Shown in pieces: positions 41,619 through 53,000 of a stretch of 64,000 nucleotides of DNA. Source of the stretch: Ignavibacteriota bacterium (GTDB taxonomy: Bacteria > Bacteroidota > Ignavibacteria > UBA10030 > UBA6906); NCBI GenBank assembly GCA_963801355.1, contig CAWDEM010000004.1, forward strand, positions 512,001 through 576,000. The letters run 5' to 3'. A model generated the notes under the pieces. That model was given only the letters and a program-made list of their open reading frames with translations, was not told the DNA's origin and ran no database searches. Within the stretch, counting starts at the first letter, position 1; the number at the start of each line of letters is the position of its first letter. The position numbers and the translations under genes are program-made.

Positions 41619-43685
41619 ATGAACGAACTCAGATTGAGATGGGCGGCAGTAAACTTGTTGCTGTTGATGGTTGCCATCCAGGCACCCGGTCTCGCCCAGG
41701 CAGGCGGAAATCCGCTTCAGGAACTTTGGGACAACCTCCAGGATCTGCAGGACACTGAGGGGAATTTCCCCTACGCCGAGATGATTCAGTCGGATCCGGT
41801 CAAAATCGGATCAGTCTACGCCGGCCGCATCAACGGGATCGATCAGGCGATGTGGCGCCCTTCTGGATCCGTTTCGGCCGATGGCCAGTCAACCACGATC
41901 ACCATTAACGGACGGAACGCAATCATTCATATTGATCAGGACCGATCCGACGCTCTGGTTGCGGGATATTCGTTCCAATTTGAAATCACCGAAATCAGAA
42001 ATACCAATGGTGTCAAGTACTCCAAAGCGAATCCGTGGGACAACTGGCCGACACTCAAAACAACGTCATCCGGCGTGACCGTGTCGACCCATTTCGATGT
42101 TGGAGATGCAACCGACGTTGTCGGCGTCATCCGGGCCAGCACGCTCTCCCGGCCGGGGGCTCCTTCTGTACAATATGCAGACGGACGGTTTGTCGTCAAA
42201 ATCGAACGCGACCCGAGATGCATGGCACTTGGATCATTCTCCATCCCCGTGTTCCCGGTTTCGATTCTGTATGCGCCAACCCCTGGGGAGAACGGCAAAA
42301 CCACCGTGCAGTATGTCGACGAGCAATCAGTCACGACAAAAGTCTCCACAACGATCACCGGAGAACAAAGCCAGACCGTGCCGGCGGACTACTCGGGCAT
42401 GGGAGGTCTCAGTTCAATCCTGTCTGGACTTCAGGCTGTGGGAACCGTTGTGGGCTTGCTCAACCCCGCAGCCGGCGCGATTATCGGGAAGTGCGCCAGC
42501 GCCTGCAAGGACGCGATAGGAACCTATGACGAATCCGCAGAATCGGGAACAAAGCAGCAGGTCGTCGACGGCTCATTGTTTCTCTCCTCATCTTCACTGG
42601 GTCAAACCGTAGGCGGCGAGAACGACGATGGAACCCTTGCCGAACCTGGAAAGGACGACCGCTTGGTGCTCTTACGTGGACTGCGTCTGGCATGGGTTGC
42701 CGAGGGGGCGAACAATCCGATGCTGATTTCCCTTGGCGCGAAGCAGATCGAAATGATCCCTGTCAGGAAGATCGCCAATGACATCGCTGTTCTCGCAGCA
42801 GTTGAACCTCCCCCGCCTGAGGCGGGCCCTGCTGACTCCGGACATGTGGGCGATCTTGAATTCGGGCAAACCGGCACGGAGAACAAGCCCGCTCAGACTA
42901 AGGGCAAAGCACAGCAGCTTGACAGCAAGGTCGTTCAACATATCAACAGCATTGTGAAGGCGCTCGAGACGGAGGAAGAGCAACTCACTGACATCAGCGA
43001 TCTCGAGACCCTTCGCTCGCTCTTTGTCATGGACCCGCTCGCTTTTGTCGGGCCCGACGTCGATTTCGACCAGCCCTACGTGAAGCAGCATTACGGCGAC
43101 CGGTTCCAGGCGGCCTACTTTGTGACACAATGGGGCATGGCGGACGAACTCAATACGGAATTCCCGACAGAATTCGAAACGGTGTCCATGTCCACATCCT
43201 CCCATGCCCAAACGGGAACACAGTTCCAGACCTCCGTCGACGACGACAAGCCAGGATGGTTTGGGAAGTACATTCTCGGATATCAAACCAAGAAGGTCAA
43301 AACGTCATCTACACTGTCCGCCTCAACGGAAACATCCCTTTCAACTCGCCGGCAGGTAAAACTGCATTGGGAGCGCTCATCAGCCGAGGTTGTGCTGCGC
43401 GCTTACTATGATTGTGTGTTTGGCACGTACATCTTCCGCGAGGTGGCAAACACCTATCGGCAGACGAGCAGCATTGCCACTGATGATGACGGCAACCCCC
43501 TCCCCAATCAAATGCTGAGATTCGAGATCAATGGCAGATCTGTCCTGGCGCGCACTGATGAGGACGGCAAGTACACCGTCTATTCCTCCAATCCTGATCA
43601 CGGAGCGGCAAAGATCACGCTGGGCAAGAGAGTTATGACACTGGACGTTACTCCGGCGAAAAAGAAGGTACGGCCGCTGAGATGA
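41619..43685 (+). CDS. Secreted hypothetical protein
   Basis: GGGAGG RBS, signal peptide, Ser/Thr-rich beta-like segments. Confidence 0.75.
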   Translation: MNELRLRWAAVNLLLLMVAIQAPGLAQAGGNPLQELWDNLQDLQDTEGNFPYAEMIQSDPVKIGSVYAGRINGIDQAMWRPSGSVSADGQSTTITINGRNAIIHIDQDRSDALVAGYSFQFEITEIRNTNGVKYSKANPWDNWPTLKTTSSGVTVSTHFDVGDATDVVGVIRASTLSRPGAPSVQYADGRFVVKIERDPRCMALGSFSIPVFPVSILYAPTPGENGKTTVQYVDEQSVTTKVSTTITGEQSQTVPADYSGMGGLSSILSGLQAVGTVVGLLNPAAGAIIGKCASACKDAIGTYDESAESGTKQQVVDGSLFLSSSSLGQTVGGENDDGTLAEPGKDDRLVLLRGLRLAWVAEGANNPMLISLGAKQIEMIPVRKIANDIAVLAAVEPPPPEAGPADSGHVGDLEFGQTGTENKPAQTKGKAQQLDSKVVQHINSIVKALETEEEQLTDISDLETLRSLFVMDPLAFVGPDVDFDQPYVKQHYGDRFQAAYFVTQWGMADELNTEFPTEFETVSMSTSSHAQTGTQFQTSVDDDKPGWFGKYILGYQTKKVKTSSTLSASTETSLSTRRQVKLHWERSSAEVVLRAYYDCVFGTYIFREVANTYRQTSSIATDDDGNPLPNQMLRFEINGRSVLARTDEDGKYTVYSSNPDHGAAKITLGKRVMTLDVTPAKKKVRPLR

Positions 43686-43777
43686 GTCTCACATTGACGT
43701 GCCGCCCGGAAAATGATCCAAGCACAAATGAGGAGGTGAGCTGAACCGCGGCAAATTTCTTCAAGCTTGGTTGGGTG

Positions 43778-46700
43778 TCATCTCACGAGCATGAGTTTCT
43801 TCGTCTCCACGAAGTCCCCCGCTTCGCTCTTGGAGTCACGCTCGACGGCGGAGTCCAGAGGGCGGACCTGCAATCTGTAAAAATACACTCCACTGGAAAG
43901 CCCCGAGGCGTCGAATTTCACCTCATGATAACCAGCGTCCACCTCCCCTTTCACCAAACCAGCCACCGCCTGTCCCAGTGTGTTGTAGACGACCAGTGTC
44001 ACATGCGACCTCTGGGGAAGGCCGTACCGGACAGTCGTGCCCGGATTGAACGGGTTGGGGTGGTTCTGCATGAGTTCAATTCGGCTCGGGAGATTTACTT
44101 CGGATGCGATGCCGGTTGCTGTGGCGATCATCGGCGCACTGAACTCCGATGTATTCCCGTAGGGGTCTGTGGCTGTCACGGTGATCCACTGGCCCGCTGC
44201 GACCGGTGTCCCGATCGTCGTACGGAAGGTGGCACTCCCCGCTGCATCCGTCGTCACGTCGGTCCACCCCAGAAACGTCTGGCCTTCTTGGTTGCTGAGA
44301 GGGTTGTCCGAAGGAGTGGCGAAGACCTCGAGCCTGAACGTCGAGCTGGCTGAACTGTTCAAGCTACCCTCCATTGCCAGGAAATCGCCTCCTTCCACCG
44401 AAGAAAGCACAGGATAGTTCTGCAGGCCGTTCGGTCCGGTGTCTGCATCATTTGGATCATTGGCGGTTCGTCCCCAACTATCCTCCATCCCCCCTACGAG
44501 ATTGATCCCCAATCCACCGTTTGCAAGTATCGAGTTCGCATTCATCCGAATCCTGGAGGCGGTTTTGTTCAGAGTTCCGATAATACGAATCCCATCCTCT
44601 TCGTTGTAAGCAATCATGTTGCCTTTGCCACCGTTAAACGCGCCTATCAGAACGGAATCACTTTGTTCCACCAGAATGCCCACCTGGTTGCCTACAGCCT
44701 TGGTTCCCGTGATGTCTGTACCGATACGATTGCCGCATACCAGGTCTCCTCCGATACTTCCAAAATGTATACCTGTCAGGGCATTGCCGGAGATTGTATT
44801 GCCTGAGCCCGGCGTCGTCCCGCCAATGACGGTCCCTTTGTGGTCCACGAAGATGCCGTCCATGTAGTTCGGCAGCTTTGTTTCCCCCGCGGCATTGGTA
44901 CCGATAAGGTTGCCTTTGATAACATTTCCCGTGGCGGACGGGCCGATGTGGATTCCGGCTCCGACAATTGGCTGGCCACCGCCTACCCCGCTCACACCGC
45001 TTCCGCTAATGAGATTGCCTGCCCCTTCACCACCCCCGCCAATAGTGTTGTCATCGGAAAAATTGATTCTTATCCCTGCACTTTTATTGCCAAGCGGTGC
45101 ACTCCCTTGTGCGTTGGTACCTATGTAGTTTCCCTGCACAACATTGTGGCCCACGGTATGGCCTGTTATGTAGATTCCCACAATTGTGTTCCCTGAGATG
45201 ATATTGCGCTGCTCAGGTGTTATGCCGCCGATTGTATTGTAGCTTGCATTGACGATGATTCCCAGCGTGTTGCTCAGGGAGGTCGATCCGTTCACGTCTG
45301 TGCCGATGAGGCATCCTTCAACCCGGTGCCCTCCCGCCGCCAACAGCAGAATGCCTGCGCCCTGGAATCGATTGATGACAAGGCCGCGTGCAATACTTCC
45401 CCCGCCGAGAAGTCGGAGGCCCTCAATATCGTTTCCGGCATTTGTGCCGTCAATCTCAATCTTCAGCACTGCGTTGCTTCCGGCACTGAACGCGTTGGTA
45501 TTGACACTGCTGCCCGGTTGTGTGTATCCGTCGATCACCACAGGATCGGTGAACTCTGGGAGAGGGGTGACCGGCGAGATTGTGTGCACGTCGGTGCCAG
45601 GTATTTTGAACGCAATCGTGTCTCTTCCCGGCTTCGCGTTGGCGTTCAGGATCGCCTGCCTGAACGACCCCGGTCCGCTGTCCAGCGTATTGGTTACCAC
45701 CTCTGTGCCTTCGACGAGGGTGAGGGCAATGGGACTACCGAACTCCGAGGTGTTGCCATTAGCATCGGTTGCGGTCGCGGTGATCGTTTGACCCACGCCT
45801 ATTGGCTGCCCGATGGTGGCTTCGAACAAGGCGTCTCCTGTTGCGTCAGTGGTGACATCAATCCACCCCAGAAATGTCTGGCCTTCTCCGTATACGGGAG
45901 GAACCACTGTTGGCGTGGCAAAGAACTCCAGCGTGAACGTTGCGTTAGGGTTGCTGTTCAGAATCCCTCCGACGGTAAAAGAGCTCCCGCCGATGACGCT
46001 TCCGATGATCGGGAAGTTCTGCAGATTGTTGGCCCCGGTATCCCCGTCACCGGGATCGTTTCCTGTGACACCCTTGCCGTCTTCTACGCCCCCGACCAGA
46101 TTGATCCCCAGCCGGCCGTTGCTATAGATGGAATTGCCGCTGATGCGGTTTGCAGAGCTTTGAAAGTCAATCGCTACGCCCTCGTAGCCGTTACATGCGA
46201 TAATATTGCCTGCTCCGTCTGTCCGTCCCCCAATGGTAGTGTTGTGGCCCTCGTTAATGATCGCCAACCCGTAATACACGTTTCCTAATGCGCTGGTACC
46301 GTTCGCGTCGGTCCCGATCTTGTTCCCTGCCACGAGATTGTGCGAAGCAGGTGAACCTGAGATGATCACCCCACTTGATCGATTTCCCGAAATCACATTG
46401 GCGGCACCAATTTGTGGGCCTCCAATCTGATTCGATTTCCCACCCTGGATCCTGACACCGTTCAGATTAGGAACGGCTTTGGTTCCGGTAATGTCGGTAC
46501 CAATGTAATTGGTCAGCACAAGGTTCGTGTCGCCGTACACCTGAACGCCATCCAACGCGTTACCCGAAATGATGTTGCGCGCTCCCAGAGATGCACCTCC
46601 GACAGTGTTCCTGCTGCCGCCGACAAAGATCCCTATCTGGAAGTTCGCAACCGTATCGTCACCTGCCGCGTTCGTCCCGATGAAGTTCCCAGCAATCTCA

Positions 46701-48802
46701 TTGTCGGAACTCACAATCTGAAGGCCCATCGCCGTGCCGGGGGAAGTACCATTACCGCTGATGACGTTGCCCGCACCGGGGGCTGTTCCGCCGATGGTGT
46801 TGAGCCGTGCAGGCTTGTAAATGCTGATCCCTGTACCGACGTTGCCCAGCGCATCCGTTCCATCTGCATTCAGTCCAATATAATTGCCCTGCACGACATT
46901 CCCTGTGGCTCCCAACGAATAAATGGCCACACCGACGAGTGAGTTGCCGGAAATCACGTTGCGCGCTTCTGGAGCGGTTCCACCGATGACATTGTCCGCC
47001 ACGCCGTCGATCCATACACCATCCGCGTTGTCGTGCCGGACGAGCCCCCAATTGTCAGTCCCGAGGTAATTGCCTTCAATCACGTTGCCGCCCAGACTGT
47101 CGATGCGTACGGCAACATCAGAAAAGGAATTGATGGCGAGCCCGCGCACACAGCTGTTGCCCCCCCGTAGCCATATCCCGTCCGCTAAACTGCCAGCAGC
47201 GCTTCCATTGATCACAATCTTCAGTGTCGCATTGCTCGGATCCTTGAGCACCTTCGTGTTCGGCTTGCTCCCCAGTTGCGTGAAGCCGTCAATCACCACC
47301 GGATCGGTCAATGCAGGAAGTGGAGTCACCGGCATGATCGTGTGCGGACCGGATCCCGGGATGTCGAAAGTGATCGTGTCCTTGCCGCTCCGCGCGTTCG
47401 CGTCAAGGATGGCCTGCCGAAGCGAGCCCGCTCCGGTATCGAGGATGTTGGTTACGACCAAGTCATACGATGCCGGGACCGCATCAGCAACCTTCTGCAC
47501 ACTTCCGTAGATATCCCAGTTCGTGCTCGCACCATTGCGGTAGTCCTGCCAGACAACCAGCGCCATTTCATTTGAAGTGTTTGCTGCCACAGCCGGGTAT
47601 TTCGGATCTTCGTTGCCATTTGTAGACGAGATCGCCACATTTGTGGCTGGGACTTTTTCAAAGACGTAACTCGCTCGGACATGGGCAACCATCACATCAT
47701 TAGACGGATTCGTGTCAGGCGTCTCGCGCCAGACGACGTAGAACTTCTGACTGGAGGTGTTGAAGGAAACTCTGGGCCTCCACGATTCGACATTCGCATC
47801 AGTTATCGTGTGGCCCGCAATGGCGCTGATGGGAAAGGAATTATCGGGCACCTGATCGGTGGAGGAGTATTCAATCTTCCCGGCATCAACAAATCCACCC
47901 CAAATGCCCGACCAGTCCTGACCGTGCCAGTGATTGTTCTGGTCGGCCCAAACCACAAGGAACGCAGGACCGGACATGCTGTATCCGGACTTGGGACCGT
48001 AAGAAACATCGACACAAAACTCACCACCAGTGGGACTGCCTGTACTGAATGGCACATAGCGGTACCTTACCCCCGGGTGCGCAGGATCGTACACCACGTT
48101 CATCGGCGCCCCGTCGCTGTCCAGCATTACAAGCACCAAGTCGCGCCCGACGGCAAGGAGGTAGCGACCGGTAGGAGTTTCCGGAGATATCATGGGGGCA
48201 TAGGCCGCGCTGAACGCCGGCTCGGCAGGATAGTAGCCATGAGGGCGATCTTCCACAAGGATACCCGTGCTGAGTATCTGTCCGTCAGCGCCGATCTTGC
48301 GCGAATAGATTTTGATGTTGAAGTTCCCGGAACCCGTAGGGGTTTCCACAAGCGAAGCCCCGAGAAACAGATACTGTCCGCTGATGGAGTTGTAAAGGAT
48401 TCGCGAACTCGTAATCGGATCGGGAAGAATTTGCAGCATGAGCATCGGACCGACAAGCGTCCCGGTGCTGCTGACCCGTTGACCAGCAGCGCCTCCACCA
48501 GCATAAGCCCCTACCAGGTATTCATTCGCCGCGCTGTTATAGGCAACCGACGGATTGGAGCCGGTGGAATAGATGAGGAATGGCGTTCCGATGGCTGTAC
48601 CACCTTCCCCAAGGCGCTGCCCCATTACCGAGTAGCTCATGAGCTCCGTCCATACCACCAGGTATTCATGGTTGACAGAGTTGTACGCAACGGCAGGCAA
48701 TACATCATGATTGGCGCTCTGTCGGATCGGAAAGTCTGCCAGGGCTGTGGCACAGGATCCAAGTAGGAGTATTTGCGCGATAACAAGAGAATTGCGTTTC
48801 AT
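43778..48802 (-). CDS. Large secreted parallel beta-helix repeat protein with C-terminal sorting domain
   Basis: Two tandem modules beginning VVTN.LD.G.GS.RQAIL.ANA; GN.IGT repeats; QNHPNPFNP C-terminal domain. Confidence 0.88.
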   Translation of the reverse strand: MKRNSLVIAQILLLGSCATALADFPIRQSANHDVLPAVAYNSVNHEYLVVWTELMSYSVMGQRLGEGGTAIGTPFLIYSTGSNPSVAYNSAANEYLVGAYAGGGAAGQRVSSTGTLVGPMLMLQILPDPITSSRILYNSISGQYLFLGASLVETPTGSGNFNIKIYSRKIGADGQILSTGILVEDRPHGYYPAEPAFSAAYAPMISPETPTGRYLLAVGRDLVLVMLDSDGAPMNVVYDPAHPGVRYRYVPFSTGSPTGGEFCVDVSYGPKSGYSMSGPAFLVVWADQNNHWHGQDWSGIWGGFVDAGKIEYSSTDQVPDNSFPISAIAGHTITDANVESWRPRVSFNTSSQKFYVVWRETPDTNPSNDVMVAHVRASYVFEKVPATNVAISSTNGNEDPKYPAVAANTSNEMALVVWQDYRNGASTNWDIYGSVQKVADAVPASYDLVVTNILDTGAGSLRQAILDANARSGKDTITFDIPGSGPHTIMPVTPLPALTDPVVIDGFTQLGSKPNTKVLKDPSNATLKIVINGSAAGSLADGIWLRGGNSCVRGLAINSFSDVAVRIDSLGGNVIEGNYLGTDNWGLVRHDNADGVWIDGVADNVIGGTAPEARNVISGNSLVGVAIYSLGATGNVVQGNYIGLNADGTDALGNVGTGISIYKPARLNTIGGTAPGAGNVISGNGTSPGTAMGLQIVSSDNEIAGNFIGTNAAGDDTVANFQIGIFVGGSRNTVGGASLGARNIISGNALDGVQVYGDTNLVLTNYIGTDITGTKAVPNLNGVRIQGGKSNQIGGPQIGAANVISGNRSSGVIISGSPASHNLVAGNKIGTDANGTSALGNVYYGLAIINEGHNTTIGGRTDGAGNIIACNGYEGVAIDFQSSANRISGNSIYSNGRLGINLVGGVEDGKGVTGNDPGDGDTGANNLQNFPIIGSVIGGSSFTVGGILNSNPNATFTLEFFATPTVVPPVYGEGQTFLGWIDVTTDATGDALFEATIGQPIGVGQTITATATDANGNTSEFGSPIALTLVEGTEVVTNTLDSGPGSFRQAILNANAKPGRDTIAFKIPGTDVHTISPVTPLPEFTDPVVIDGYTQPGSSVNTNAFSAGSNAVLKIEIDGTNAGNDIEGLRLLGGGSIARGLVINRFQGAGILLLAAGGHRVEGCLIGTDVNGSTSLSNTLGIIVNASYNTIGGITPEQRNIISGNTIVGIYITGHTVGHNVVQGNYIGTNAQGSAPLGNKSAGIRINFSDDNTIGGGGEGAGNLISGSGVSGVGGGQPIVGAGIHIGPSATGNVIKGNLIGTNAAGETKLPNYMDGIFVDHKGTVIGGTTPGSGNTISGNALTGIHFGSIGGDLVCGNRIGTDITGTKAVGNQVGILVEQSDSVLIGAFNGGKGNMIAYNEEDGIRIIGTLNKTASRIRMNANSILANGGLGINLVGGMEDSWGRTANDPNDADTGPNGLQNYPVLSSVEGGDFLAMEGSLNSSASSTFRLEVFATPSDNPLSNQEGQTFLGWTDVTTDAAGSATFRTTIGTPVAAGQWITVTATDPYGNTSEFSAPMIATATGIASEVNLPSRIELMQNHPNPFNPGTTVRYGLPQRSHVTLVVYNTLGQAVAGLVKGEVDAGYHEVKFDASGLSSGVYFYRLQVRPLDSAVERDSKSEAGDFVETKKLMLVR
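43823..43867. repeat. 45-bp in-frame palindromic insertion, copy 2
   Basis: 42/45 identical to 31725-31769; encodes VRPLDSAVERDSKSE. Confidence 0.8.
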
Positions 48803-49000
48803 AGGAAGGACCCTCCCATTTTTGTTTGGTCGGGGTTGACGCTACAACTTGTGGATCAGAATAGCAGCTGATCCCCCTCTCCTCAATAGAATTCCGTCAA
48901 AATGCAAGCACTATGTGCCGATTTGTGCAGAGATCTCGACACACTCGACAAAGTCATCTGCCCAACACACCTTCCGAGCATGTTTTGTTGGGGGCCCGAG

Positions 49001-49858
49001 TCAGAGCGGTTCCGTGCTGAAGGTATCTCCCTGCTGTAAATCACCCGTCTCCAACCCCTTTTTGAACCAGCGAACGCGCTGTGCAGACGAGCCGTGCGTG
49101 AAGGCGTCCGGAACGACGTAGCCCTGGGTCTGTTTCTGAATGCGGTCGTCACCAATGGCGCTTGCCGCATTCAGCCCTTCCTCCACATCTCCTGCCTCCA
49201 GAATCTGGCGCGATTGCTGGGCGTGGTGTGCCCAGACACCTGCGAGAAAATCGGCCTGGAGCTCGAGACGCACCGAAAGTTGTCTGTATTCCGCCTCACT
49301 GACGCGGCCGCGCATCCGCTCCACTTTCGCCATGATGCCAAGCTGGTTCTGCACGTGGTGCCCGATTTCGTGCGCGATAACATATGCCCTGGCGAAATCG
49401 CCCGTCGCGCCGAAACGCTGTTCGAGCTCGTCGAAGAAACTCATATCGAGATAGACTTTCTGATCTCCCGGGCAATAGAACGGACCCGTTGCGGCATCGG
49501 CCATACCGCAGGCGGATTGCGCAAGGCCCGAGAAAAGCACCAGATGGGGCGCCTGATACGTCTGCCCGCGTTGCGCAAACACCTGCTGCCAGACATCCTC
49601 GGTCTCGCCGAGGATAGCGGACACAAAATCCGCGCTCTGTTGGTCAACGGCTCCGCCGGTCTGTGCCTCTGTACCGATGGTGGCGCCATCCCCGGCACCA
49701 CCTATTGTCTGGAGAAGCGACAGCGGATCGGCGCCCAACAAGAGCCCGACGATAAGAATGATGATTGCCGCGCCACCACCGATCATCGGTCCGCGGGACA
49801 ATCCACCCCCTTGTTGAACTTCCACGTTTTCGGAACGACGACTCTCTTGCCAGCGCAT
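49001..49858 (-). CDS. ypfJ: Neutral zinc metallopeptidase (YpfJ family)
   Basis: MRW..RRSENVE start, GPFYCPGD, AHEIGHHVQ, ELQAD, FTHGSS. Confidence 0.88.
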   Translation of the reverse strand: MRWQESRRSENVEVQQGGGLSRGPMIGGGAAIIILIVGLLLGADPLSLLQTIGGAGDGATIGTEAQTGGAVDQQSADFVSAILGETEDVWQQVFAQRGQTYQAPHLVLFSGLAQSACGMADAATGPFYCPGDQKVYLDMSFFDELEQRFGATGDFARAYVIAHEIGHHVQNQLGIMAKVERMRGRVSEAEYRQLSVRLELQADFLAGVWAHHAQQSRQILEAGDVEEGLNAASAIGDDRIQKQTQGYVVPDAFTHGSSAQRVRWFKKGLETGDLQQGDTFSTEPL

Positions 49859-50014
49859 GAATGCCTCCGGATCCCAAGTGACTGATTGAGACGTTCGATC
49901 GAACGAACGCAAAATATGCAATTGTCCATGATATGGCAAGTGGCCCACCGTTCGACTCGATTCCCTGGTGAAACAACAGGGTGGTCAACCATAAACGGAT
50001 GAGCCGTGCCGAAC

Positions 50015-53000
50015 CTATTTTAAAAGCAGCATCCGCTGAACCTGCCGCTGGTTGTTGGACTCAATGGTGCAGTAATACGCGCCGCTTGCCCGGTGTCCCG
50101 CGCGGAACGAAGCGTAGTGCCATTGTCCCGCGCGCACAAATCCGTTATAGACCAGCGCCACCTCCTGCCCCAGCTGGTTGAACACTTTCACCACCGCCCG
50201 TCCGCCGGTTGCCACTGAGAATCGGATGTGGGTTTCGGGGTTGAAGGGATTCGGGTAGTTGGCCAGTGTCAGTCTGTCGGGAACCAGTTCTGAAGAAGTC
50301 TCCTGCGCCACCGATGTGATGACGAAAGGGAGTTCGTCTGCCGCTGTGGCGTTTGTCGGGATCCAGTCGTATGCGATGAGCGCTGATGCCGCGGAATTCT
50401 TGGAAAAGATTTCGGAGAGGCTGTAATGTGATGCAGCGCTGCCGCTGAGCTGCGATGACCAGGCTACGCGGCCCGCGGTTGCTGCACCCGGACCAAAGCA
50501 ATTGAACTCCGCATAGAGTCCCGGAGTCACATTCCAGGCCAGCCAGCCGGCAGCATGAAGGTTCTTTGGCTGACTCGAATGGATGAAGACGGTGCGGGGA
50601 CTGTTCTGCCAGGGTCGTCCGAGGTAGAACGACGCAATTGCGGCACCGTCGTACCCTATGGAGTCAGCCACGATGGAACAGTTCCGGAAGACGTACCCAA
50701 AGAGCGAGGATGCGTCGGTGGATGCCGCGGTGAGTGTGCCGCCGTTCCGCAGCGCGCGGATGGTGCAGCTGTCAAAGACAACGATGTTGCGGCCGAAGAT
50801 GAAATCTACCGTTCCTTCGATATGACAATTCTTGTGCCACGTGCGGCCCGTGCCCCGGCCGCCCCATGTGTAGTATGTATCCTGGTATCCCAGCAGCCTG
50901 CAGTTGATGTACTCCTGCCTGTCGCCGTTGACGCGAAGGGCAACAGCCTGGGTGCCGCTCACGCCTGCCTGCGGGGCATACGTGTTCTGAATCGTGATGT
51001 TCTTCGCCACAAAATCATTAGCTTCAATGGTGACGGTGAATGTGCCGCTCGTGCCGGGATTGCCGGAACCGTACTTGTCGCCGTAATCATCGTTCCAGAT
51101 CACGGTACTGTCGCGGTCCTCGCCCATCAGCACGACGTTGGGCCGGTCCGCGGCGAGCGTGTCCTTCTCGTGATACATTCCCTTTTTCACAAAGATGGTC
51201 CACGTGCCCGTGTAGTTGGCCGGAACCGCATTGAAAGCCGCCTGCACCGTCATATACGTGCCACTGCCGTCTTTCGCGACGACAACAGTCGTGTCCCGTG
51301 CGGGGACCTGGGTGGTGAACGAAATTGTATCACCATAGCCTGTGCCGGCGCTATTGGTTGCATAGGCACGGACGAAGTACTTCGTGGCAGCGGTCAATCC
51401 TGTCAGACCGCTGGTGAAGCTGCCGGTGGCGGCACCGTCCACAGTCTTCATGTCGCCGATGGTCGGCATGGCGGCGGTGTTCCAGCAAATGCCACGCGCA
51501 GTAACGGTCGCGCCACCCCATGCAGCGACGTTGCCGCCGCTGATGGCGGTCTTGACCATGATGCTGGATGCCGCAGTGGTCGTGACTGTGGGGGGTACAA
51601 TGGCTGCGAGTGTGGAAAAGGTGACCTCGTTGCCATACGCCGTCCCGCCCGCGTTGGCGGCATACGCGCGCACGTAGTACGTCTTGCCGGAGAGCAGGTC
51701 CGTCAGGGAACTCGTAAAGACGCCGACACCGCCTCCATCGGTCGAGTGGTTGCCCGTGAATACCGGCGTGCTTACGGTATCCCAGCAGATACCACGGGCG
51801 AACACCGTGCCTCCGCCGTCTGCAGACACATTCCCTCCGCCGGTGGCAGATGTGGTCGAGATGCTCGTGACCGCGGACGTTGAGACTGTCGGTGGGAGGA
51901 TCGCCAGACCGATGGTGTTCCCTGCGATGCGGACATCCGATACGTACATCAGCTTCGCCCAACCCTCGGACGCCAGATTGTACGGGTAGATCCGTACATA
52001 TGCCTTCTCTCCGGATGCAATGGTGTCCTTGAGGGCGAACCGGTAGGGAACGAGCGTGCTCGACACCATCGCCGTGTCCATGAGCTGTGTGGATGTGGCA
52101 AACGATGAGTCGCGCGAATAGAGTACCGTTGCTTTGAGGTTGTTCGTGAACGCGGCACCCAGACTCATCGAGACAGAGTCAAGCAAGAATGTTCCGCCGA
52201 CCATCGGACCGGCCTCGTGTTGCACAAACACGTCCGGGTCAAGGTTCGTCCGAGCGGTCCAGGCATGGCCCCTGGTGACGACCCAGCCGCATTGAATGGC
52301 GTTGACGGTTGTGTAGCCATACATCTGCGTGCTGTCGCCGGTTTTCTGATCTGCGGCGGACAGGAGGCCGGAAACCGTCGGTGTGATTGTGCCCTTCATG
52401 GTCCAGGTGACCGCGGCCGAGATCGGAAGCCCCGTGGCTGTTCCGTAAATGTTCACATCCTGGGGGCAGACGTATTTGCCGCTGGGTGCGGTTGCCTGGT
52501 TGTCAACCCAGGGGTAGATCCTGAAGTAGAACTGTTCTCCTTCTGAGAGGTCCATTGCCGGCGTGAAACGAACGACATCCAGACCCCCGCTGAGCAGGTA
52601 AGTACCGGCAGGGGAGGTTGTCGAGCTCGTCGTGTAGGTCACGGCGGTTTTCGTGGCAAACGTTGAGTCCTTCGAATACCACAAATTGGCCTTCATATAG
52701 TTTGTACTCATTCCCCCGAGCTTCAGGACAACGGAGTCGACGGTCAGCGTGAAGAATGCCTTGGTGCGGACGGCAAACTGTATATACACGGTGTCTATCT
52801 GAGTGGTCTGATTGGCAGGCCAGGTGTTCCCCGTGCCTGCCATGCGCACGCGTTGCGCGCTGTTGAAGCCGGTGTACTGATTGATCTCTGTGCCCTTGAG
52901 CAACTCGTTGTAGCCCGTGACAGGCCCGGAGACGAGAACGTTCAGCCCGGTCCCTGCGGGCGTTCCTGACGGGTTCGTTAACGGCCATGTCGCGACGGTT

